This document shows, piece after piece, positions 47,618 to 57,697 of a stretch of DNA of 64,000 bases. Position 1 is the stretch's first letter; every line of letters starts with the position of its first letter. The position numbers were made by a program, and so were the translations under genes. This DNA comes from Candidatus Latescibacterota bacterium (GTDB taxonomy: Bacteria; Latescibacterota; UBA2968). Location of the stretch: the NCBI GenBank assembly GCA_965207885.1, contig OZ242311.1:3424001-3488000 (forward strand), given 5' to 3'. The notes under the pieces were generated by a model, which worked only from the letters and a program-made list of their open reading frames with translations, was not told the DNA's origin and made no database searches.

Positions 47618-49468
47618 TTAAACAAAAGTGACCTCTCCCTTAAACTGGCTCATATACAAATTGTAATAAAATCCCTCGGCCTTCAGCAACGCCCGATGCG
47701 AACCGCGTTCAATAATCTGCCCATCGTCAATAACCAGAATCTCATCCACATTGCGAATCGTGCTCAACCGATGGGCAATAATAAAGCTCGTTCGCCCCTC
47801 CATCAGCCTTAAAAGCGCCTGTTGAATCCGCATCTCCGTTCGCGTATCCACGCTGGACGTCGCCTCATCTAAAATGAGAATCGACGGATCGGCCAACGCG
47901 GCTCTCGCAATAGCCAGCATCTGCCGCTGTCCCTGGCTCAAATTGCCGCCGCGTTCCGAAAGCACCGTATCATATCCCTGGGGCAGGCGGTGAATAAAGG
48001 GATCCGCATTGGCCAATTTAGCCGCATCAACCACCTCCTCATCCGAAGCATCTAACCTTCCATAAAGGATATTTTCCCGCACAGTATCAGACAGCAAAAA
48101 AGTATCCTGCAACACAATACCCAGTTGCCGCCGCAACGCTTCCCGTTTCACCTGCCGAATATCATGGCCGTCGATATAGATCGCCCCACTATCGATATCG
48201 TAAAACCTGGTCAGCAAATTCACAATGGTCGTCTTGCCCGCTCCCGTCGGTCCTACCAGCGCAATCTTCTCCCCCGGCCTGGCGTGCAAACCCACTTCTT
48301 TGAGCACCGGCACATCTTTTTCATAACCAAAACACACCCGATCAAAAACCACATCGCCCCGAACCTGATCTAACGCGGCCGCATCTGGCATATCGGGCGC
48401 TTCGGGAAACTCGTCAATAGTCTCAAAAACCCGCTCTGCCCCGGCCAGTGCCGACTGTATCGAATTGTACAAATTGGCAACCTGTCCCAAAGGCCGTCCA
48501 AACTGCCGCACATAGCTGATAAAAGCGGCAATCACACCGATTGTCACATCGCCCTGAACCGCCATATAGCCCCCCGCAAAAGCCACAATCACCAGACCCA
48601 TATTATTCACAAAAAAGGTCAGAGGCGGCATCAGCGTCCCGAAAAACTGCGCGCGCGTACCAGCGTACTTCAACCTGTTATTGAACTTTTCAAACGCCTC
48701 AATCGAAGCCTGTTCGCGTCCATAAGCTTTCACCACCTGCTCTGCCGCAATTGTCTCTTCAACCATCCCATTGAGCGCACCCAGTGCCGCCTGCTGTTCG
48801 CGAAACCCCCGGCGCGCCCGTTTGGCGACCTGCCCTGTCAAAGACGCCATCAGCGGAAAGGTGAGCAAACTAATCAACGCCAGAGGCCAATCCATCCAGA
48901 ACATCATGGCCGACACGCCCACCAGGGTCAACACGCTATTAATCAACTGCGTCACGCTATCCGACAACACACTGCTGATATTATCCACATCATTGGTCAC
49001 CCGGCTCATGATATCGCCACTGGCACGCCGGTCGAAGAACCGCAGCGGAAGCACCTGCAAGCGATCAAAAAGATCCTGTCGCAAATCCCGCACAGAGCTT
49101 TGAGATACCCGTGCCATAATAAACGTCTGAAGCCAGGATGTCAGTGCCATCGCCACATACACCCCCGCCAACAACAGGGTAATTTGAAAAAGGCCCGGCA
49201 AGTCGCTATAGGCGATATACTCATCAATCGCGCGCGCCATCAAATACGGACCTGCCACCTCCAACCCCGTTGTGATCACCACCAGCCCCACCACCCCGAT
49301 CAAAGTCCCCTTGTAGCGTCTCATATACCCCAGCAAACGGCGGGTAGTTCCCCGGATATCCCGCGCCCGCTCGTCGTCACCCATCATTATCATCCGGCGA
49401 CGCCCCCCCATCATCATTCCGCCTGGACCCTGCTGTTCACCGTCGCGCTGTCGATCAACTTCCGCCAT
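47618..49468 (-). CDS. Heterodimeric ABC exporter subunit (consensus Walker B)
   Basis: TMD + GPTGAGKT, LSQGQ, ILDEATS, IAHR. Confidence 0.95.
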   Translation of the reverse strand: MAEVDRQRDGEQQGPGGMMMGGRRRMIMMGDDERARDIRGTTRRLLGYMRRYKGTLIGVVGLVVITTGLEVAGPYLMARAIDEYIAYSDLPGLFQITLLLAGVYVAMALTSWLQTFIMARVSQSSVRDLRQDLFDRLQVLPLRFFDRRASGDIMSRVTNDVDNISSVLSDSVTQLINSVLTLVGVSAMMFWMDWPLALISLLTFPLMASLTGQVAKRARRGFREQQAALGALNGMVEETIAAEQVVKAYGREQASIEAFEKFNNRLKYAGTRAQFFGTLMPPLTFFVNNMGLVIVAFAGGYMAVQGDVTIGVIAAFISYVRQFGRPLGQVANLYNSIQSALAGAERVFETIDEFPEAPDMPDAAALDQVRGDVVFDRVCFGYEKDVPVLKEVGLHARPGEKIALVGPTGAGKTTIVNLLTRFYDIDSGAIYIDGHDIRQVKREALRRQLGIVLQDTFLLSDTVRENILYGRLDASDEEVVDAAKLANADPFIHRLPQGYDTVLSERGGNLSQGQRQMLAIARAALADPSILILDEATSSVDTRTEMRIQQALLRLMEGRTSFIIAHRLSTIRNVDEILVIDDGQIIERGSHRALLKAEGFYYNLYMSQFKGEVTFV

Positions 49469-51200
49469 ATCCGTTTCCCTCTCCGAGCTGTGAATCGTAA
49501 ATCTCCTGATATACTGAACTGGATTCCATTAATTCCTGGTGCGTACCCTCGGCAACCAGCACACCATCGTCCAGCACCAGAATCTTATCCGCCTTCAACA
49601 CCGTACTGATCCGCTGCGCCACCAGAAAACTCGTACACCCGACCATCTGTTCAAGCGCATCGTGAATCCCGGCCTCTGTCTCCAGATCTACCGCACTGGT
49701 ACTATCGTCTAAAATCAACACCTTTGGACGGGAGATCAACGCCCGGGCTATCGCTATCCGCTGCCTCTGTCCTCCCGATAGATTCACGCCGCGCTGCCCC
49801 AATAGCGTCTCGTACTTATCTGGAAACTGGACAATAAAATCGTGTGCCATAGCTGCCCGAGCAGCGGCCTCAACCTCTTCATCGGTCGCATCGGGACGTC
49901 CGTACAGGATATTGTACCGAATCGTACCCGAAAAAAGCACCGATTCCTGGAGTGCCATCCCAATCTGCTGTCGCAGCGTCCCCTGATCCACATCGCGCAC
50001 ATCCATCCCATCCACCATCACCCGCCCTGCATCCACATCGTAAAACCGCGGTATAAGATTCACCAGCGACGACTTGCCCGCCCCAGTCGAACCCAGAATC
50101 GCCACCTTCTGCCCCGGCTCCGCGACAAAGCTCAGATTTCGCAATACCGGATCATCTGCCGTCTCGTTATAGCTAAATGTCACATCTTCAAACGCAACCT
50201 GCCCCTCCAACACCACATCGCGCTTTGCATCTGCCCGATCCTGTAACTCGGGCTCGCTATTCAGCACCTCGACAATGCGCTCAGCCGAAGCCTCTGCACG
50301 GGACATCCGGATAAGCACCATACTACCAATCATCAGAGACTGCAAGAACAGCAACAGATAATTGATAAACGCAATAATCTCGCCCAGCTTCATCCCGCCC
50401 TGGGTTACGGCAATTCCCCCAAACCATATCACTCCCACAACACCCAGATTCAATAGCAGCATCATAAATGGCATCACCAGAGCCACCAGTTGCGTCACCC
50501 GAATCGTCTGTTCCATCAACCTGTTATTTGCCGTTCCAAACCGTTCGGTCTCGTGGTCAGCCCTCAAAAAAGCCTTCACCACGCGCACACCTGCCAGATT
50601 TTCCTGCGTCACCTGATTCACCCGATCCAGGCGATTCTGCACTTCGCCAAACATCGCATTGGCTTTTCGAAACACCAGAATCAAAGTCCCCAGAATCACG
50701 GGAGCCAGCCCAATAAACATCAACCCCAGGCGGGGACTGGTCACAATCGCCATCACCAGACCGCCCACCATTGCCATCGGCATACGCGATAGAATGCGCA
50801 ATATCAAACGCGCCACCTCTCCCACCTGTCGCACATCGTTGGTCAGTCGCGTAATCAGATGTCCCGTTGACAGCTTATCCAGATTGCCAAACGAAAGCGA
50901 CTGAATTTTGCCAAAAAGCGCGCTTCGCACATCGGTCTCCACCCGCTGCGCTACCCACACGCCAAACCAGGCATTGCCGATTCCAAACAAAACGCCCCCA
51001 ATCGCCAGGCCCAGCATCCACAACCCCGTCTCAATCACCAGATCCAGATCTCCTCTGGCAATCCCCTCATCTACAATCCGCTGTACCAACCGGGGATGCA
51101 TCAACTCCAGCATCACCTCGATCAATTTCAGCAGCGGACCGATAGTCGCCTGCTTCCAATAGGGCCGCATATAACCCATCAACTTCAGAATATTGTGCAT
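49455..51200 (-). CDS. Heterodimeric ABC exporter subunit (degenerate Walker B and H-switch)
   Basis: TMD + GSTGAGKS, LSGGQ, ILDDSTS, VAQR. Confidence 0.95.
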   Translation of the reverse strand: MHNILKLMGYMRPYWKQATIGPLLKLIEVMLELMHPRLVQRIVDEGIARGDLDLVIETGLWMLGLAIGGVLFGIGNAWFGVWVAQRVETDVRSALFGKIQSLSFGNLDKLSTGHLITRLTNDVRQVGEVARLILRILSRMPMAMVGGLVMAIVTSPRLGLMFIGLAPVILGTLILVFRKANAMFGEVQNRLDRVNQVTQENLAGVRVVKAFLRADHETERFGTANNRLMEQTIRVTQLVALVMPFMMLLLNLGVVGVIWFGGIAVTQGGMKLGEIIAFINYLLLFLQSLMIGSMVLIRMSRAEASAERIVEVLNSEPELQDRADAKRDVVLEGQVAFEDVTFSYNETADDPVLRNLSFVAEPGQKVAILGSTGAGKSSLVNLIPRFYDVDAGRVMVDGMDVRDVDQGTLRQQIGMALQESVLFSGTIRYNILYGRPDATDEEVEAAARAAMAHDFIVQFPDKYETLLGQRGVNLSGGQRQRIAIARALISRPKVLILDDSTSAVDLETEAGIHDALEQMVGCTSFLVAQRISTVLKADKILVLDDGVLVAEGTHQELMESSSVYQEIYDSQLGEGNGYGGS

Positions 51201-51363
51201 ATCAGATCCTTAATTTTATTGAGATATTTGCTCTCCTGAGAAGTGCGCGAAGCGCAATGGTGGGGCAATTTAATTTTTTAATCTCTATATTAGCAATTCG
51301 GCTCAAAATTTCCAAGCCTCAACTCGTACGAGGCTCAGAACAAAATGATGTCAAAAATTACAC

Positions 51364-51392
51364 TTGACAGATATATTCACTCCCCGCATATT
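51364..51392 (+). promoter_or_regulatory. Candidate sigma70 promoter for the helicase leader
   Basis: TTGACA-N17-CATATT. Confidence 0.5.
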
Positions 51393-51410
51393 TAGAGGCT
51401 ATTATGATAT

Positions 51411-51673
51411 TTTAGCGTTGCTCAGATAGTAAACAAATAGCTGTTAAGGGCATCTATTTGATCCCTACCGCTGGCGCTAAACTTCCAACTGCTAACTCTT
51501 ATACGGCACCGCATTTAACGCAAGCTCCCGATGTGCGACCCTATCGGGGGCTTGTTGCTTGTACCCACTTTTTTATAATTAGCGCACCGGGTTTCTCGCA
51601 GCAGTAGCTCATCGGTCTTCCCTGCTCGTATTTTTACCCCACGCTGAGTCATCTCTTTAGACTAAGGAGTCTA
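51411..51673 (+). promoter_or_regulatory. Structured 5' leader of the DEAD-box helicase gene
   Basis: Stems 51411-19/51473-81, 51434-40/51454-60, 51521-32/51543-54, and RBS hairpin TAGACT-AAGG-AGTCTA. Confidence 0.5.
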
Positions 51674-51680
51674 TTCCCGC

Positions 51681-53045
51681 ATGCCTCGTAAATCTCGCTC
51701 GACTAACCCGCGTCCATCTCGCCGTGCAAAGCGCACCGCGTGCGCCGATTGCAATACATTGACAACCGTCCCTTTCCGACTAAGACCAGGCAGGCCAGTG
51801 TACTGTCGCTCTTGCTTCAAAAACCGTCGCAACGGCCGTTCTTCCCCGACCAAAGGCCCCGTAAGCAGGTCACTTACTGCGACTAAACCCATTGCTAATA
51901 TCACCGCCGTGTTTCCCAAAATGGCGTTGAAAGTCGCGACCAAGGAGGCAATTTCCAGGATGAACATATCAGAGCCTACGCCCATTCAGGCGAAATCAAT
52001 CCCCCATCTCCTGGCAAGGCGAGACTTGATCGGACAGGCGCGCACGGGATCTGGAAAGACGCTGGTGTTTGCAGTACCCATGGCAGAGAGCTTGAACCCA
52101 TCGGTGCGACGGGTCCAGGCAGTTGTGCTGGTGCCTACGCGGGAGTTGGCCATTCAGGTAGCTAAAGTCACAGAGGCCCTGGCTTCATCGCAGCGGTTGC
52201 GCGTAACACTACTGTACGGCGGCCGGTCATTGAGGCCAGAGTACAAAGCCCTGAAGAGCGGGCCCCAGATCATCATTGGGACCCCGGGCCGTACGTTAGA
52301 CCATCTAAGACAGGGCACGCTAGACCTGCGATCAGTGCAATTCCTGGTCCTTGATGAGGCAGATGAAATGCTGGATAAAGGTTTTGCCCAAGATGTTGAA
52401 GCGATCCTTAGCCAGACGCCCTCCAGGCGGCAGACCGCTCTCCTCTCTGCAACCATGCCCGAGTGGGTGGCGAACACAGCGAAGAAATATCTGCGCAACC
52501 CTGTAACGGTGAAAATAGACGGCGACCTTAAAGCACTGCCCACTGTGGAGCACCTGGTCTATACCATCCGGCAAAAAGATAAGATAAAGGCACTCCAAAC
52601 GCAGTTGGACCAGCGGAACGGCGATCCGGTAATCGTCTTTGGCAGGACCAGACACGGCGTCAAGAGACTGGCGAGACGGCTCGACACGTTGGGCTACCCC
52701 GTAGGAGTGCTCCAGGGCGACCTCAGCCAAAGCGCACGCGAGCGTGTGATGATGGCCTTCCGTTCCGGTACCGCACCGATTTTGGTGGCAACAAACGTGG
52801 CTGCGCGAGGCTTGGACGTTGAGGGCATCGGTCAGGTCATCAACTATGACTTGCCTGAATCAGAGAAACTTTTCACTCACCGGGTCGGACGGACTGGCCG
52901 CATGGGCCGCTCGGGAAAGGCAGTAACGTTTATCACGCCAGGAGAAGAGGGGAAATGGCGTGAGATTGAGCAAGGCCTGGGCTGCCGATTTGCCCTCAAA
53001 CCCTGGCGTAAAGCAGATCCACTCCTAACAAACGTACTGCCATAA
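51681..53045 (+). CDS. DEAD-box RNA helicase with N-terminal CxxC-x17-CxxC zinc ribbon
   Basis: CADC-x17-CRSC; PTPIQ, TGSGKT, PTRELA, DEAD, SAT, HRVGRTGR. Confidence 0.95.
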   Translation: MPRKSRSTNPRPSRRAKRTACADCNTLTTVPFRLRPGRPVYCRSCFKNRRNGRSSPTKGPVSRSLTATKPIANITAVFPKMALKVATKEAISRMNISEPTPIQAKSIPHLLARRDLIGQARTGSGKTLVFAVPMAESLNPSVRRVQAVVLVPTRELAIQVAKVTEALASSQRLRVTLLYGGRSLRPEYKALKSGPQIIIGTPGRTLDHLRQGTLDLRSVQFLVLDEADEMLDKGFAQDVEAILSQTPSRRQTALLSATMPEWVANTAKKYLRNPVTVKIDGDLKALPTVEHLVYTIRQKDKIKALQTQLDQRNGDPVIVFGRTRHGVKRLARRLDTLGYPVGVLQGDLSQSARERVMMAFRSGTAPILVATNVAARGLDVEGIGQVINYDLPESEKLFTHRVGRTGRMGRSGKAVTFITPGEEGKWREIEQGLGCRFALKPWRKADPLLTNVLP

Positions 53046-53125
53046 ATTACCTGAACAATAGCAACCTCTATTGATCTCCTCAACTTGAACCAAATTAACC
53101 TCATCGCCTTCTATAGAAAAATACG

Positions 53126-53332
53126 TCAAAGGTCTTTTAATAGTGCCCTTGCCTGCTCGGCGTCGCTTTCAAATACCAGCACGTCAACATGTCCTGCCGC
53201 GTACAGAGTTTGAAATCCCTCGCCCCGGGTTATACAGGGGATCTCGGCATCGTCAAGCACGGATTTGATCACCGCGAGCAAGCCGGGATTTGTTGCGGTG
53301 ATAACAGTTACAAGAGGTTCTCGATAACTCAT
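53126..53332 (-). CDS. DUF2007-like small protein
   Basis: IKSVLDDAEIPC...VLV...DAEQARALL. Confidence 0.75.
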   Translation of the reverse strand: MSYREPLVTVITATNPGLLAVIKSVLDDAEIPCITRGEGFQTLYAAGHVDVLVFESDAEQARALLKDL

Positions 53333-53401
53333 CTCAATTTTCTCATGTTATGGGTAGTCAGCACAAAATACACAACCGGAATTGATCTGTCAGCTAACTT
53401 C

Positions 53402-53429
53402 TTGACATCTATAGTAATAAAAATATCTT
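53402..53429 (+). promoter_or_regulatory. Candidate sigma70 promoter
   Basis: TTGACA-N16-TATCTT upstream of the sulfatase RBS. Confidence 0.5.
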
Positions 53430-53456
53430 GTAAAAAAAAGTGATAGGAGACCAAAA

Positions 53457-54767
53457 ATGAACCAACCCAATATTGTATTCATCCACACAGACCAGCAACA
53501 TCACCTCGCGATATCCGCCTATGGAAATCGAGACGTGTCAACACCCAACATGGACCGCCTGATCGCAGATGGCATATCCTTCAGGCGATCCTACAGCGCC
53601 AACCCTGTCTGCTGTCCTGCACGCGCGAGTTGGTACACCGGACGCATGTCCGTCGAACACGGCGTTATCAGCAATCCGTTCCCCATAGACCCCAATCTAC
53701 CCGACCTCGGCCAGTGGTTGACCAAACACACCGATTACAACTGCGTGTATTCCGGCAAATGGCATGTCACGGGACGAGATGTTGCCAACAGCTTTGACGT
53801 GATCTACGGCAGACATCCCTACGGAGAACTACAAGACTCTGGATCTGCCCGGGCAGCAGCACAATATATCGCCGAACACGCAAATGACGGCCGCCCCTTC
53901 TTCCTCTCCGTCGGCCTCCTGAACCCACACGACTGCTGTTATGTCTGCGGCGTCAACGGACCCGTGGGAAAATACGGCCTGGAGCCTCAGTTGCCCGATC
54001 TGCCCGACTTGCCCGGCAACTTCGAAATCAGTCTCATGCCGCCAAACCAGAAGCACCGGGTCGGCCACTGGTCGGAAACAGATTGGCGATATTACATCTA
54101 CCAGTGTTACCGAATGGTAGAAACCGTTGACGCCCAGATCGGATTGATCTACGACACATTGGAAAACAACGGCCTCATTGAAAACACCCTCATCATCTTT
54201 ACAGCCGACCACGGCGAAGGCTCTGGGCATCATCGAAGAGTATTGAAAGGCTTTTTTGAAGAAGAAGCCTGGGCAGTCCCACTCGTTATTTCTCAATGCG
54301 GCAGTATCCCCAACGGACAAAACGATTCGCACTTCATATCGGGCGTGGATATCCCCGCTACAATCTGCGATTACGCCGGCGCACCTTCCCTACCCGACAC
54401 CACGTATGGAAATAGCCTGCGCCCACTCCTCGAAGGAAACAACGACATTGCATGGCGGGAAAGCGTCATAGGAGAAAATGCGAGTGCAATCGCCATTCGC
54501 GACGATCAGTACAAATCCATCCTCTACGACTCGGGACAAAACACGCTTTACGATTTGTCAAACGACCCCCTGGAAAAACACAATCTCGTATCAGAACCCG
54601 GCTTTGACGACATCAAACACAGGCACGCCACACACCTCGCCGAATACGCAAACACCGTCACACCCTACAGCGGACCTGACAAAACGGGCGAAAGAGATCG
54701 AATAAGAGAAGAGAGAATGGAAAATCTCAAACAGGGAAATGGATGGACAGAGGAGGTGGGATCATGA
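53457..54767 (+). CDS. Sulfatase
   Basis: PNIVFIHTDQ, CCPARAS, GKWH, NPHD, ADHGE. Confidence 0.92.
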   Translation: MNQPNIVFIHTDQQHHLAISAYGNRDVSTPNMDRLIADGISFRRSYSANPVCCPARASWYTGRMSVEHGVISNPFPIDPNLPDLGQWLTKHTDYNCVYSGKWHVTGRDVANSFDVIYGRHPYGELQDSGSARAAAQYIAEHANDGRPFFLSVGLLNPHDCCYVCGVNGPVGKYGLEPQLPDLPDLPGNFEISLMPPNQKHRVGHWSETDWRYYIYQCYRMVETVDAQIGLIYDTLENNGLIENTLIIFTADHGEGSGHHRRVLKGFFEEEAWAVPLVISQCGSIPNGQNDSHFISGVDIPATICDYAGAPSLPDTTYGNSLRPLLEGNNDIAWRESVIGENASAIAIRDDQYKSILYDSGQNTLYDLSNDPLEKHNLVSEPGFDDIKHRHATHLAEYANTVTPYSGPDKTGERDRIREERMENLKQGNGWTEEVGS

Positions 54768-55468
54768 ACACCATACCAGCCGAACTCAACGCAATCGCCG
54801 GACAATTGCAAAACTACAATGTCCCAGAACAAACCATTCAATTGGACTCCAATTGCAAATTGACCTACGAAATCCTGCAGTGGACAAACACACATCCCAA
54901 TGGTTTGACCGATGATAGGCCAATAGGAACAGTGGAAATCTCGCGTTACAACAAAGAGAACGGCGCAGAATACCAGATCGTTGAAAAACGCAATGGCGGC
55001 GGGCGAGAAATTTACGAAGCAACCGTCACAACAGCGCGGGATGAGCGCATTGGTGAATCAATTCAGGACTGGGAACTCGCCTGGTACCAGGCAGAAACAC
55101 CGGATAAACGCCTGCTCATCAATGGCACAGTTCGAGACGCAATCATAGAAATGAACGGCACAGCAGGCAAAAAACACCTCTCGGCAGATACCCCCATATC
55201 GTGTCAATGGCTCCTCCCCTTTGCGCTTGCCAATTGCGCCACCCCCATGGACGAAGCGTTTACAACCATCGACGAACTTACGTACTGTAAAACAAATCAA
55301 CTACTGCACGGGCCTGAACAAATCGAATCCAACGGCCAATCCTTCCTATCTTTTTGCCACATAGGACAGGGCACACTGCCCATCCACTATGTATTCGATT
55401 TACAGCGGCCCGTCTTTGTCACATTTACGCTGCTGTCCTGGATCTTGCGCGATATTGAACTTATTTAA
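54764..55468 (+). CDS. Hypothetical protein coupled to the sulfatase
   Basis: ATGA overlap and AGGAGG RBS. Confidence 0.75.
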   Translation: MNTIPAELNAIAGQLQNYNVPEQTIQLDSNCKLTYEILQWTNTHPNGLTDDRPIGTVEISRYNKENGAEYQIVEKRNGGGREIYEATVTTARDERIGESIQDWELAWYQAETPDKRLLINGTVRDAIIEMNGTAGKKHLSADTPISCQWLLPFALANCATPMDEAFTTIDELTYCKTNQLLHGPEQIESNGQSFLSFCHIGQGTLPIHYVFDLQRPVFVTFTLLSWILRDIELI

Positions 55469-55508
55469 TAATTGCTAAAGCACCTCACTCATATTGGATG
55501 ATGTAACC

Positions 55509-56666
55509 TCAATCAAAATAGGTATCCCCATCAGCCAGCAGTGTTTTGGCGATGGTAGGATCTAACTCAACGCCTATACCGGGCTTGTCAGAGACAGCCA
55601 TCCAGCCCCCTTTGATAAATTCTTCGCCTCCACACAGATCGGCCCACCACGGAATATCGCGCCCGTGAAATTCGAGCACAAAAAAGTTGGGAACTGTCGC
55701 CATTACATGACATGCGGCCATCATGCCCAGAGGTGACGACACATTATGTGGCGCAATAGGGATATAATGCGCATCGGCAATTTCGGCAATGCGCTTGGCC
55801 TCCATAATGCCACCCGATTTGGCCAAATCGGGCATAATGATATCCACTGCTTTTTGTCTGAACATCTCCAAAAATTCAAAACGAGTGTAATGATTTTCAC
55901 CTGTACAAATGACCGTGCTCGTAGATGCGCGCACTTGAACCAACGCATCAATATTCTCAGCAGGTACTGGCTCTTCTAACCACATCAATCGCACATCTTC
56001 CACAGCTTTTGCCAATGTAATCGCCGAAGGCAAATCAAACTGTCCGTGGCAATCAATCGCCAAATCAATGTCAAAACCAATGCCCTCGCGAATCGCACGA
56101 ATCAAATTAATCACATGCGTCATTTCCCGTGCCCCCACTGTCCAATTGATCGGATCCAGCTTGCCCACGCCCGAATGATCCACATCAAATTTTACCGCGC
56201 TGTAGCCTTCCTCAACAACACTCAGCGCCTTCTCTGCATACGCCTCTGGCGTGGCCGAATCCCCAGCGTGACAATCGGCGTAGAGACGGATCTTATCGCG
56301 AAACTTGCCCCCCAACAACTGATAAATTGGCACTCCCAACGCCTTACCCACAATATCGTACAACGCATTTTCGATACCGGTCAGTGCAAAAATCAGCGGT
56401 GCATGGGTAGTGCCCGCATACCGTCCACGACGACGCATTTTTTCGTACAACGGCCCCACATTCATCGGGTCTTCACCAATTAACATCCCCTTCATTTTTA
56501 AAATCGATTCTTTCAAACCAAATCCCGTGTAATACGAGGCTGAATTGCATTCACCCGTACCCACAATACCCTCGTCGGTATATATCCGAACAAATGTCCA
56601 CACGCACCCACCACTGTGGGGTTCGGATCTGCCAATTACACAGGCTTGAACATCGGTAATTTTCAT
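55509..56666 (-). CDS. Mandelate racemase/enolase superfamily (galactonate dehydratase-like)
   Basis: KFD, DCHG/EEP/GEN, APHN. Confidence 0.92.
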   Translation of the reverse strand: MKITDVQACVIGRSEPHSGGCVWTFVRIYTDEGIVGTGECNSASYYTGFGLKESILKMKGMLIGEDPMNVGPLYEKMRRRGRYAGTTHAPLIFALTGIENALYDIVGKALGVPIYQLLGGKFRDKIRLYADCHAGDSATPEAYAEKALSVVEEGYSAVKFDVDHSGVGKLDPINWTVGAREMTHVINLIRAIREGIGFDIDLAIDCHGQFDLPSAITLAKAVEDVRLMWLEEPVPAENIDALVQVRASTSTVICTGENHYTRFEFLEMFRQKAVDIIMPDLAKSGGIMEAKRIAEIADAHYIPIAPHNVSSPLGMMAACHVMATVPNFFVLEFHGRDIPWWADLCGGEEFIKGGWMAVSDKPGIGVELDPTIAKTLLADGDTYFD

Positions 56667-56686
56667 GCTATCCCTTTCATGATTAC

Positions 56687-57679
56687 TCACGGCTTTATCA
56701 AGGTTTTGATCGCAGCACCTGGCTTTGCCTGTGTCGCAAACGCTTCGGGGGCTTGATCGAGAGGAAAGGCGTGGGAAACGAGTGGTCTCCGATCAATTTT
56801 CCCGGTCCTGACGAGTTCAATCCCCCACCTGTAGTCATCGGGGGTCCAGGACCATGACCCTTGAAGCGTCACTTGCTTGCGCACCACCTGATTGAAATCG
56901 AGTTCGGGTTGATCTTCAAATAATGCGACGGGAACGAGGCGACCATTTTGTTGTTTTAGCATCGTCAACCCCTGATTCGGCGAAGCTTTCGCACCAGCAG
57001 AATCGATAACCACATCGGCATTTCCTCCCCGCGCGCCGAATCTTTCCACAGGTCTCTCACCACCCGTGAGTTCAATAACAGCATCCACGGGATCTACCTC
57101 TGTCAAATTCACGATCTCATCTGCCCCCAACTGGCGTGCCATAGCCAGCCGTTTCGGTGACGTATCAACAGCAATAATGCGCCCGCCCGCCGTTGCCCGA
57201 ATGACCTGGATACATCCCAGACCAATAATCCCAACGCCCAGAATAACAACGGTTTCTCCCTCAATGGGTTTTGCCAGGCCCACTGCGTGTATCGACGTGG
57301 CGAGAGGCTCCATCATCGCGCCTTCTTCAAAGCTAATCGATTTGGGCAACCTGTAGGGACGATCGGGATTGACTTCCAGGGGAAGATATTCGGCAAACCC
57401 ACCCAATCCCCCACCAGAAATGTGGTCGCCCACTTGAAACCGCTGCACATCTCGCCCCGTTTCCACAACCTCACCGCTAAACTCGTGTCCCATAATGAGG
57501 CCCTTCTCTATCGGACGTCCCAAAGAATCTTCAAACAGCCCGATGCGATAAGCGTGCAGATCCGATCCACAGATCCCACACGCCTTCACCCTCACCAGAA
57601 TCTCATTTGCATTGATTTCCGGCTCTGGCACATCTGCCACCTGGATATCATGCGGCCCGCAATAAATAGCTGCTTTCAT
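56687..57679 (-). CDS. Zn-dependent MDR alcohol/polyol dehydrogenase
   Basis: CGICGSDLH, GHE, GVGIIG; no structural Zn loop. Confidence 0.92.
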   Translation of the reverse strand: MKAAIYCGPHDIQVADVPEPEINANEILVRVKACGICGSDLHAYRIGLFEDSLGRPIEKGLIMGHEFSGEVVETGRDVQRFQVGDHISGGGLGGFAEYLPLEVNPDRPYRLPKSISFEEGAMMEPLATSIHAVGLAKPIEGETVVILGVGIIGLGCIQVIRATAGGRIIAVDTSPKRLAMARQLGADEIVNLTEVDPVDAVIELTGGERPVERFGARGGNADVVIDSAGAKASPNQGLTMLKQQNGRLVPVALFEDQPELDFNQVVRKQVTLQGSWSWTPDDYRWGIELVRTGKIDRRPLVSHAFPLDQAPEAFATQAKPGAAIKTLIKP

Positions 57680-57697
57680 CGCCGTCTCCTTTGTGTA

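Noticed and set aside
51411-51560. T-box or known riboswitch assignment for the helicase leader
   Set aside because: I could not find the T-box consensus or any known aptamer core, so it is reported only as an unclassified structure.
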